This document shows, piece after piece, positions 56,392 to 64,000 of a stretch of DNA of 64,000 bases (position 1 is its first letter; every line of letters starts with the position of its first letter). Source of the stretch: an uncultured Clostridium sp. (GTDB lineage: Bacteria; Bacillota; Clostridia; TANB77; CAG-508); the NCBI GenBank assembly GCA_947165355.1, contig CAMUZZ010000002.1:519-64518 (forward strand), in the 5' to 3' direction. The notes under the pieces are model-generated. The model was not told where the DNA came from. It made no database searches and saw nothing but the letters and a program-made list of their open reading frames with translations. Made by a program: the position numbers and the translations under genes.

Positions 56392-57330
56392 TTATTCCTT
56401 ACTCCTATCTTCAATTTGTTTATATCTTAGTAAGTTTAATTGGTAGTTTTCCTTGTTTGTTCTAACAACAGTATCTAGTATTACTCCGCACTGTGCAATA
56501 ATTACAGATAGTATAATAAACCCTGTAGCTAAAATTGCAGAAGGAACTTTTGTTATGTATTGAGTTTTGAAAAACTCAACAATAACTGGTATTCCAATAA
56601 TTAATCCTATTAAAAACATTATAATTGCTATTCTGAAATAGAATTTTAAAGGATTGTAATCTTTGTACATTCTTATTATTGTTTTAATTACCTTAAATCC
56701 ATCTTTTACAGTATTTAATTTTGATTCACTACCTTCTGGTCGGTCTCTGTAGTCAATAGGAATTTCTTTAATAGTTAAACCTTTATCTAGTGCATACAAT
56801 GACATTTCAGTTTCAATCTCAAATTTTGGACTCATAACTGGCATATTTTTAACATATTTTTTATTAAAAACTCTATAGCCTGTCATTATATCTTTTAATT
56901 TAGTTTTAAATAGTATGTTAATTGATTTTTTAACGATGTTGTTTCCGAACTCATGAAATGGCCTTTTATTCTCTTTTTGATATGTTCCATTTGATAATCT
57001 ATCCCCAATGCACATATCAACTTCACCATTTACAACCGGTTCCATTAATTTATGAACGAATTCTGCAGGATATGTATCATCACCATCTACCATTATATAT
57101 ATATCTGCATCTATATCGTAAAACATTGACCTAACAACATTTCCTTTTCCTTGTTTGTACTCATGTTTTAGTATAGCACCATTGTTTAATGCAATTTCAG
57201 CAGTTTTATCTTTAGAGTTATTATCATATACATATATATCTGCATCAGGAAGCTCTCTTTTGAAATCTTTTATAACTTTTTCTATCGTTAATTCTTCGTT
57301 ATAACATGGTATTAATACGGCAACTTTCAT
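56392..57330 (-). CDS. GT2 polyprenyl-phosphate glycosyltransferase (C-terminal TMs)
   Basis: VLIPCYNEE, DNNSKD, MVDGDDTYP. Confidence 0.8.
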   Translation of the reverse strand: MKVAVLIPCYNEELTIEKVIKDFKRELPDADIYVYDNNSKDKTAEIALNNGAILKHEYKQGKGNVVRSMFYDIDADIYIMVDGDDTYPAEFVHKLMEPVVNGEVDMCIGDRLSNGTYQKENKRPFHEFGNNIVKKSINILFKTKLKDIMTGYRVFNKKYVKNMPVMSPKFEIETEMSLYALDKGLTIKEIPIDYRDRPEGSESKLNTVKDGFKVIKTIIRMYKDYNPLKFYFRIAIIMFLIGLIIGIPVIVEFFKTQYITKVPSAILATGFIILSVIIAQCGVILDTVVRTNKENYQLNLLRYKQIEDRSKE

Positions 57331-58613
57331 TCTTTTTCTCTCCTTATCATCTTTATATATTTTCCTATTTTACTTATATCGATTGTTTCTCCATATAACG
57401 CTAATATTGCAAATGCAGTAATAGCTTGTATTCTATTTGTAAACCAAGCATGAATTCCTGAGTGACCTGCAAATATAAAAAACCAAACGTATGGAATAAA
57501 TGATACAATAATTAAAGTAATTGCAACTTTGCATTCTTTTATTTTTTTTCTGTACAAACAAAATAATAATGCCCACATTCCAGTTAAAATAATCATAATT
57601 TTTTGTGCAATTGGTGTAAAAAAATAGTTGAAGTTCATTTTTATTGTATCTAATCGACTTACAGGATATTTTTCATTACCATTAACTCTAAATAAAATCT
57701 GATCCAAAGCTAGAGTAATCGCATCTTTTTTTAGTACAAAAGAAGCAAAAACCCATTTTGTAAAAAATAATGATGCATAACCAAGTACCCACAATATTCC
57801 TAATTCAATTACCATTAATATTTGCTTAAAAAAACCTAAACCTTTTCTGCTTTCAAGTAGAATAATTAAAATAATTGGCATTCCAAATGTAACTAACGGA
57901 TAGGTTAGTAAATCAAAGAACGTTGCAAATGCCCCTATAATAAAGAAAGCAGCATATATATTACTTTCCTTATTATATTTGTACAATAGTAAAACACTAA
58001 TCATTGCTAATAGCGTAACAACAAATATGCATGTGTACTGTATAGAAACTGGTATAACCACAATAAACATCATGCTAATTGCCAGTGCAAAAGCTATTGA
58101 AACCCTTGTACCTAATTGCTTTCCTATTAAAGATAATGTTATCGCTAAGAATATAAATACAGTAATCATCATAATGTATCTTATATCTGTATAGGTAAAG
58201 AAAATTAATAATGGTCTTATTACAACTTGGACGCCATGCCAATATCTTGAATATTCATGATTGTTAACATCTTCATTCAATGCGCTTTCTAATGAAGAAA
58301 TTCCTCCTCCAGTTTCATCTTCGTAAAAAGAATTTTCCATCGAATTTTTCAAGTTGCTCTCGTTAATTCCTTTATTCATTGCAATATTTAATATTAATGC
58401 ATCTGTATGACTATCTAATAATGCCCCAGATTGTTTGAAAAAAGGGATATAACATATTCCTTCTTCCTTAAAAACATCTATAGAAGCTTCTACATTTTTT
58501 CTTATTCTATTATTGGGTAACGAATACGTTACTATCATAGAAATAGAAAACGCTGCTGCCAAAATTACATATATTATTGCATATTTTAAAATCTTTTTTC
58601 CAATGTTTTTCAT
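57327..58613 (-). CDS. Polytopic membrane protein (candidate polymerase or GT-C-type transferase)
   Basis: 428 aa with more than 10 TM. Its stop overlaps the downstream GT2 start by 4 nt, which suggests translational coupling. Confidence 0.5.
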   Translation of the reverse strand: MKNIGKKILKYAIIYVILAAAFSISMIVTYSLPNNRIRKNVEASIDVFKEEGICYIPFFKQSGALLDSHTDALILNIAMNKGINESNLKNSMENSFYEDETGGGISSLESALNEDVNNHEYSRYWHGVQVVIRPLLIFFTYTDIRYIMMITVFIFLAITLSLIGKQLGTRVSIAFALAISMMFIVVIPVSIQYTCIFVVTLLAMISVLLLYKYNKESNIYAAFFIIGAFATFFDLLTYPLVTFGMPIILIILLESRKGLGFFKQILMVIELGILWVLGYASLFFTKWVFASFVLKKDAITLALDQILFRVNGNEKYPVSRLDTIKMNFNYFFTPIAQKIMIILTGMWALLFCLYRKKIKECKVAITLIIVSFIPYVWFFIFAGHSGIHAWFTNRIQAITAFAILALYGETIDISKIGKYIKMIRREKE

Positions 58614-58619
58614 AAGTGT

Positions 58620-59006
58620 TTATCCCCTTTTTATATTCATAATTAGTAAACCTATTATTATTATACTTGCACCAATAATACCTTGAACCGTAATATTCTC
58701 TTTAAAAATAATCTTAGATGCAATTAAAGTTAGTACTTGAATTATTCCAGTACATATCGGTGTAATATAGCTTAAATCAAATATTACAACCATTCTAGTA
58801 TAAAGAAAGAAACTTCCTATGTAACAAATAAAACCAATTAAACTTATTGGACTTATGCTGAAGTTTACACCTCCATCAACCATAGAAAAACTACCTGTAT
58901 TTCCACCTAATTTCATAAGTATTAGTCCTGATAGCGATAAAACCAAATAAACAATTATTAATGCAATTTTCATACTTTTTTTACTCCTTTTTAATGTCAT
59001 TTCCAT
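58620..59006 (-). CDS. Small 4-TM transporter-like protein (EamA/SMR/GtrA-like; candidate lipid-linked sugar flippase)
   Basis: About 128 aa with four hydrophobic helices. The start is uncertain (59006 or 58973). Confidence 0.5.
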   Translation of the reverse strand: MEMTLKRSKKSMKIALIIVYLVLSLSGLILMKLGGNTGSFSMVDGGVNFSISPISLIGFICYIGSFFLYTRMVVIFDLSYITPICTGIIQVLTLIASKIIFKENITVQGIIGASIIIIGLLIMNIKRG

Positions 59007-59032
59007 TACTATTTCCCTTTCTTGAATACAAA

Positions 59033-60070
59033 TTACCACTTTATATCTTTTTTCATAATCTTAGTTAAAAATTTATAAAAGGCAATAAATGCTCTAAATA
59101 AATGTAATATGTATATTTTCTTAACAATAGCAATTTTAAAATTACTTTTCTTATGCTTTAGTGAATAAATTATGTTCAAATACTTAGTCTTTTTCCATCT
59201 CGGAAAATTTTCATTTAAATATTTGTAATTATTTTTATAACAATCTTTGTATCCTTCAGAATTTGATACTCTCAGCATTAAAGAAACTCCTAAATGTAAA
59301 AAAGCTTGTGCTGATAATATATCGATCATGCTTTTAGATGCATTATTTTTAATATATACGTTTTCGGTTTCTTTCATTGTTTTTTGTGCTTCGTATATTT
59401 CGTCCACTTTTGTACTAACTATCATTGAACCTTCACGTACATTATAGTTATACAAATAATCATCAACAAAAGTAATTTTATCAATGTTTAAATAATTTAA
59501 AGACAAAAACAACATATCATCTAAAGCTTTTGGAGTACTTTTTATATTTGGCATTTTCTTTAGTACACCCGATTTAAATATTTTATTCCATAAAGATGTA
59601 TTTACGGAGATAACCTCTTCAAAATTAACGTTTTTTTGTATAGTTCTGTTCTCATATTTCATTTCTTTAGATAATATTTTTCCGCTTTTACTATCAATTC
59701 TGTAAAAACCGCAAACACACATTTCTGCATTGCTCTTCGTAATTTCTTTGTACATTTTTTCAACAAAACATGTGTCAACTGTATCATCCGAATCTACAAA
59801 TGTGATGTAATCGCCTGTTGCTTTCTTTATGCCATCCATCCTTGCTTTCCAAACGCCTTCATTTTTTTTATCAACTAATATAAATCTGTGTTTTTCATCA
59901 TTTTTGACATACTCATTGATTATATCTTTTGATGAGTCTTTAGAGCCATCATTTACACAAATAACTTCAAAATCTGTGTATGTTTGTCTACTAATGCTCT
60001 CTAATGTTTCAGACAAATATTTTTCAGCATTGTATATCGGGATTATTATACTAACACTGGGATTTTTCAA
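59033..60070 (-). CDS. GT2 glycosyltransferase
   Basis: SIIIPIYNAEKYL, VNDGSKD, FVDSDD. Confidence 0.8.
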   Translation of the reverse strand: MKNPSVSIIIPIYNAEKYLSETLESISRQTYTDFEVICVNDGSKDSSKDIINEYVKNDEKHRFILVDKKNEGVWKARMDGIKKATGDYITFVDSDDTVDTCFVEKMYKEITKSNAEMCVCGFYRIDSKSGKILSKEMKYENRTIQKNVNFEEVISVNTSLWNKIFKSGVLKKMPNIKSTPKALDDMLFLSLNYLNIDKITFVDDYLYNYNVREGSMIVSTKVDEIYEAQKTMKETENVYIKNNASKSMIDILSAQAFLHLGVSLMLRVSNSEGYKDCYKNNYKYLNENFPRWKKTKYLNIIYSLKHKKSNFKIAIVKKIYILHLFRAFIAFYKFLTKIMKKDIKW

Positions 60071-60418
60071 TTATTTTTCCTCCTTATTTTGCTCTTTTTC
60101 TTTGATTGCAATATAATGATTCAAATCTTTTATTTTATCATTTAACTTACTTATTCTAATTCCATCAATAAATACTTCTATTAGTAAAAATACAATAATT
60201 ATAAAAAACACAAAATTTACAGGTGCAATAAACCCTAGTAAATTAGAAAACCATTCAACTATGTTTGAAAATATACTCATAAATATAAGCAAAATACTTC
60301 CTAACATCCATATAATAGAGCTTTCCATTTTTAATTGAGATTTTTTAATCTTTTTTACGCATAGAAAAAAAGATATAAACGAAAGAACAATTAGAATAAT
60401 TTTTAAAGTGATAGACAT
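60071..60418 (-). CDS. DUF2304-type small membrane protein (GacJ-like)
   Basis: 115 aa with 3-4 TM, directly downstream of and abutting a ~230-aa GT2, as with GacI/GacJ. Confidence 0.6.
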   Translation of the reverse strand: MSITLKIILIVLSFISFFLCVKKIKKSQLKMESSIIWMLGSILLIFMSIFSNIVEWFSNLLGFIAPVNFVFFIIIVFLLIEVFIDGIRISKLNDKIKDLNHYIAIKEKEQNKEEK

Positions 60419-61119
60419 TATATTTCACCTCTCTTATATTTTCTAGTAACAGCTCTTATGAAAATAATAGATAATATCATATTTGCCATATATTTTATCG
60501 ATTTAATAGGATTTAAGTAGCTCTCTCCAAATTCTCTATCCTTCATTTCAACTTGTACTTCAGTTACTTTGAATCCTTTCTTTATCATATATACAATTGT
60601 ATCTGGCTCTGGCGTTAGGCTATTGTTTATTATAAATTCTTTAATTGCCCTTCTTCCAAAAGCTCTCATTCCTGATGTAGGATCTTTTATTCTCTTAAAT
60701 GTCGTTAGTTTTATACTACATGAAATTAACCTGCTACCTAACATCCTCATAGAAAACGGCTTTTTATTTTCAACAAATCGAGAGCCTATTGCAACATCAA
60801 AATTTTCTTTTTCTATTTTTTCTACTAGTCTTTTTAGGTATTTTGCTTCATGTTGTCCATCACCATCAAATTGTATTGCAACGTCATATCCATTTTTATA
60901 TGCATACTTCATTCCTAGTTGTATACCAGATGTTAATCCCATATTTATTGGTAATGAAAGCATATTGAATTTATTTTTTCTACAAACATCTTCTGTATTA
61001 TCTCGAGAACAATCGTTTATTACAACATAATCATAGCTTGTATTTTCAGTTACGTCTTTTACTGTTTTCTCAATATTCAAAGCCTCGTTATAAGCTGGTA
61101 TTATAATTAAAACCTTCAT
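60418..61119 (-). CDS. GT2 polyprenyl-phosphate sugar synthase (GacI-like)
   Basis: IIIPAYNEALNI, INDCSRD, QFDGDGQH. 233 aa with no TM. Confidence 0.8.
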   Translation of the reverse strand: MKVLIIIPAYNEALNIEKTVKDVTENTSYDYVVINDCSRDNTEDVCRKNKFNMLSLPINMGLTSGIQLGMKYAYKNGYDVAIQFDGDGQHEAKYLKRLVEKIEKENFDVAIGSRFVENKKPFSMRMLGSRLISCSIKLTTFKRIKDPTSGMRAFGRRAIKEFIINNSLTPEPDTIVYMIKKGFKVTEVQVEMKDREFGESYLNPIKSIKYMANMILSIIFIRAVTRKYKRGEI

Positions 61120-61140
61120 TTTTAAATCCCCATTCTTATA

Positions 61141-63264
61141 TTAATTTATTTCATATATATACTGATTTCTATCTTCGTCACTATAAATAATGTTTAGATG
61201 AAACATTTCCGCATCCTCATCCGATACTTTGGATAGAGAAAAATAATACTTTACATTCAAATCTTTTAGATTTTGGTACGTTAAGTTTGCAACATATGCA
61301 TCTGGAGCAATATTATCAAACCTCATTTCATCAGATAAGTTGATGCTTATATGAGCAAAACGATTATACACATCGTTATATTTTTTTTCTGGATCCACAA
61401 TGTTTAGCCATTTAAAACTTGGATATGTATGAACTCCATTCAATGAGTTTGCACCGTTAGCAATTAGATATTGTCCAGTTATATTATTACTGCCAATCCA
61501 CAATGCATCTTCGTCTTTATCAACAATACTTTTTATTTGATTTGAAATATCAGTTTTAGTAACCGGACCAATACCAACAGATACTGGATTTACTTTTACA
61601 CCAGCCATTATTGCAACGGCAAACATGACAAATGCCCATTGCTTTACTTTTCCTTTTATAGAAAAATAGGTTAAACAATACACCATGGCTAAAACTATTT
61701 CATATTTTAATAAGGTAAAAAAACTATTGTATATAGACTGTCTTATCATTATATATGAGAATAAAGCTACTACTAACGAAATAATAATCGCTTGGGATTT
61801 TGAAAATAATTTGTTATCCTTAAATCTTTCAATTAGCATTATAGATAATACTATTCCAATTATTCCTGTAATAATATGTGTTCTTGGCGCAGGTGAAAAA
61901 TATAGTAAAGAAAGCTTTGCTAATAAACTATTAAATCCAACAAATTCCCATACTAGATATACTATATATAAAACAATTAAAGCTAAAGTTAATCCATAAA
62001 AATTAGATTTTTTTTCATTTTTTAAATCTTTAAAAAAAGCTATACCTAATATAACTAATCCTGTGAACGAATAAATATATGTACTTGGCTCACATGTATT
62101 TACAATTTGTTCCGTATATGGAAAAAATATATTAGCCGTGTACCCGATAAAATAGTTAAAATCTAAGCTACCCCCAAGATCCATCCTCTTACCTGGATAT
62201 ACTGTTCCCATCATTGTTTTTATATCATCCAGTGATAACATCACAAATCTTGATACAAGCACACCTACTGCAATCAATGTAATTGAAATAATTAAATAAT
62301 CAGATTTTTTTAGTTTTCTCCAATTTTTAATCAAACTATTTAACATAAAAATTGCCATCAAAAATCCAAATGGGACCTGAAAAGCTGGATATAACATAAA
62401 TGCAAATCCTGGTAAGCAAATTATTATTCCTAATGCTAATAATAATTTTTTCCATATTTTATAATCTAAATGATTCATGTAACAACAAAACAATACAATT
62501 GTAGCTGCTCCATATATATAGCTATCAACAACCGCCGTACTCATCCACCACATCATAGGAGGCGCTATAGCTAAAGTAATACCTCCTACAAGCACTAATA
62601 AGCTGTTATCCTTCCTTGTTATTATTCTTACCAATTCTATAGAAACTAAAACTAGAGCTATCATTTTCAAGCACCAATAAAAAGAAAAACCTCTTTCCAC
62701 ACTCAAAAAATGGAACCCCCACAATAAAGGACGACATATCTCTAATACATCTGAAACAGGTGCTGATATCATAAGCATATTACCTGTTCCTTCTGCTATA
62801 TTTTTATTATGCACATCGTAATGTTTACTTGATGCTTGTCCTATCATAAAAGAAGATTGTGTGAGCCATTCATCAGATCTAATTCCTCTAGCTTCCCCCA
62901 ACACCTCATTTGATGTATCAGGTTCATTCATATATTGACTCCACATTCCTATAGAAGAAAAATTTACTTTAAATATTACCATAAGGACAAAAAGTATACC
63001 TGCAATAACATATCTATACTTCATAATGAAATCACAAATCTTCTTAACTGTCTTAGAAAACTTGTTTAATAGCCAAAAAATTCCTAAAGCAATGTAAATT
63101 CCATATATATAAGCCACTCTTGTTATCATTTGCATATTAAAATCAATTTTTTCAAATTTATATAGCTCTATAATAAATGGAAGTATAATAGCCATTATTC
63201 CCCATATAATCTTATTTGTAACAATTTTTTTAAATGCATTCTTTATTTTATCCTTATGTATCAA
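61141..63264 (-). CDS. Large polytopic membrane protein (GT-C-like; GacL/YfhO-type candidate)
   Basis: 707 aa with about 14 TM followed by a soluble C-terminal domain. Confidence 0.55.
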   Translation of the reverse strand: MIHKDKIKNAFKKIVTNKIIWGIMAIILPFIIELYKFEKIDFNMQMITRVAYIYGIYIALGIFWLLNKFSKTVKKICDFIMKYRYVIAGILFVLMVIFKVNFSSIGMWSQYMNEPDTSNEVLGEARGIRSDEWLTQSSFMIGQASSKHYDVHNKNIAEGTGNMLMISAPVSDVLEICRPLLWGFHFLSVERGFSFYWCLKMIALVLVSIELVRIITRKDNSLLVLVGGITLAIAPPMMWWMSTAVVDSYIYGAATIVLFCCYMNHLDYKIWKKLLLALGIIICLPGFAFMLYPAFQVPFGFLMAIFMLNSLIKNWRKLKKSDYLIISITLIAVGVLVSRFVMLSLDDIKTMMGTVYPGKRMDLGGSLDFNYFIGYTANIFFPYTEQIVNTCEPSTYIYSFTGLVILGIAFFKDLKNEKKSNFYGLTLALIVLYIVYLVWEFVGFNSLLAKLSLLYFSPAPRTHIITGIIGIVLSIMLIERFKDNKLFSKSQAIIISLVVALFSYIMIRQSIYNSFFTLLKYEIVLAMVYCLTYFSIKGKVKQWAFVMFAVAIMAGVKVNPVSVGIGPVTKTDISNQIKSIVDKDEDALWIGSNNITGQYLIANGANSLNGVHTYPSFKWLNIVDPEKKYNDVYNRFAHISINLSDEMRFDNIAPDAYVANLTYQNLKDLNVKYYFSLSKVSDEDAEMFHLNIIYSDEDRNQYIYEIN

Positions 63265-63287
63265 AAGATTTCTCTCCCTTCTTAATT

Positions 63288-64000
63288 TTAAACTTTTCTA
63301 ACATCATAATTTGGAGAATTTAAACTGAAGTTTGGATTATAGTATCTGTCACCTTTTTCATATATATCGTGCCATTTTTCTTTAAATTTTCTTATTTCTT
63401 CTTCAAATCTAGCAACTTTTTCTGGTGTATCTTCATATCCTCTTGTTTTTGACTCGTAGTGAATAACATTAACAAAAGGATCATATACAATTAATTTTCC
63501 TAACTGTCTGATTTTTAAACAAAAATCTAAGTCATTAAAAGCAACTGGCATGCCTTCATCCATATATCCAACTTCTTCGTATATTGATTTTTTTGTCATT
63601 ATACATGCTGCAGTAACAGCATTAAAATCTTGAATGGTTCCTTCTCTAGCGAAGTAACCATGTTGATATCTTGGTAAACCTCTGAATAAATGTATAGCAA
63701 CATTATCAACTCCAAATATAATTCCAGCATGTTGTATTGTATTGTCTGGATAATATAATCTCACACCAACAGCTCCAATATCATCTCTTGATGCAAAACC
63801 AAGCATATCTTCTAACCAATCTGCAGTTTCAATTTCTGTGTCATTATTTAGTTGTACAATAAATTCACCTTTGCTGTTCTTTACACCTAAATTTATTATT
63901 TTTGAATAGTTAAAACCTTGATCTTCATATTTTATAACTCTTATTCTATCATCCTTTTGGATGTTATCGTAGTATTCCCAAATATCTTTCGTCTCACTGT
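63288..64000 (-). CDS. GT2 glycosyltransferase (5' end beyond the window)
   Basis: The frame stays open upstream of the track Met. It translates ...GVKNSKGEFIVQLNNDTEIETADWLEDMLGFASRDDIGAVG, a typical GT2 DxD region. Confidence 0.7.
   Translation of the reverse strand, partial: SETKDIWEYYDNIQKDDRIRVIKYEDQGFNYSKIINLGVKNSKGEFIVQLNNDTEIETADWLEDMLGFASRDDIGAVGVRLYYPDNTIQHAGIIFGVDNVAIHLFRGLPRYQHGYFAREGTIQDFNAVTAACIMTKKSIYEEVGYMDEGMPVAFNDLDFCLKIRQLGKLIVYDPFVNVIHYESKTRGYEDTPEKVARFEEEIRKFKEKWHDIYEKGDRYYNPNFSLNSPNYDVRKV

Noticed and set aside
1-64000. Search for CRISPR arrays, rRNA operons, transposases, integrases or prophage blocks
   Set aside because: None was seen. There are no regularly spaced direct repeats, no recombinase-like ORFs and no phage structural genes. 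The only tRNA is the single tRNA-Met.

Overview
AT-rich (roughly 25-30% GC by eye) Clostridia-type Firmicutes chromosome segment with almost every gene on the minus strand. The left ~41 kb is mostly housekeeping: yloC-like (partial), rsmE, split transketolase, tmRNA, hpf, patatin-like lipase, truA, cdaA, T-box-controlled pheST, bofA, a yaaL-like gene, a T-box-controlled short ProRS, a TrmH-family methyltransferase, mfd, an OmpR-type two-component system flanked by paralogous lipoproteins, ylbJ, tRNA-Met, dnaG-sigA, carD and dut. The right ~22 kb (41996 to the window end) is a rhamnose-type cell-wall polysaccharide locus. It holds rfbABCD, galE, a Wzx-like flippase, seven GT2 genes including a GacI/GacJ-like pair, GT-C-like membrane proteins, a deacetylase and a frameshifted ricin-lectin/GH25 muramidase. 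Six things are not explained by ordinary annotation. (1) Five self-contained small-gene cassettes have clearly higher GC than their surroundings. Each has its own near-consensus promoter, SD and terminator, and each sits in a gap between core genes; two are tandem paralogs with structured leaders. (2) A ~35-nt dispersed repeat with a GGGGACGG core occurs at five loci, always oriented with transcription. Two copies supply the last codons and stop of tkt-N and mfd. (3) An accessory regulatory island holds a Spo0A_C-type response regulator, a polytopic kinase, a stand-alone 13-codon Trp-rich ORF, an XRE regulator and 0A-box-like repeats. (4) A 222-bp nested inverted-repeat element lies between dut and carD. 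(5) SigA carries a ~230-aa N-terminal extension. (6) The short ProRS lacks the INS editing domain. All homology calls come from motif recognition by eye, and no database search or computation was run.
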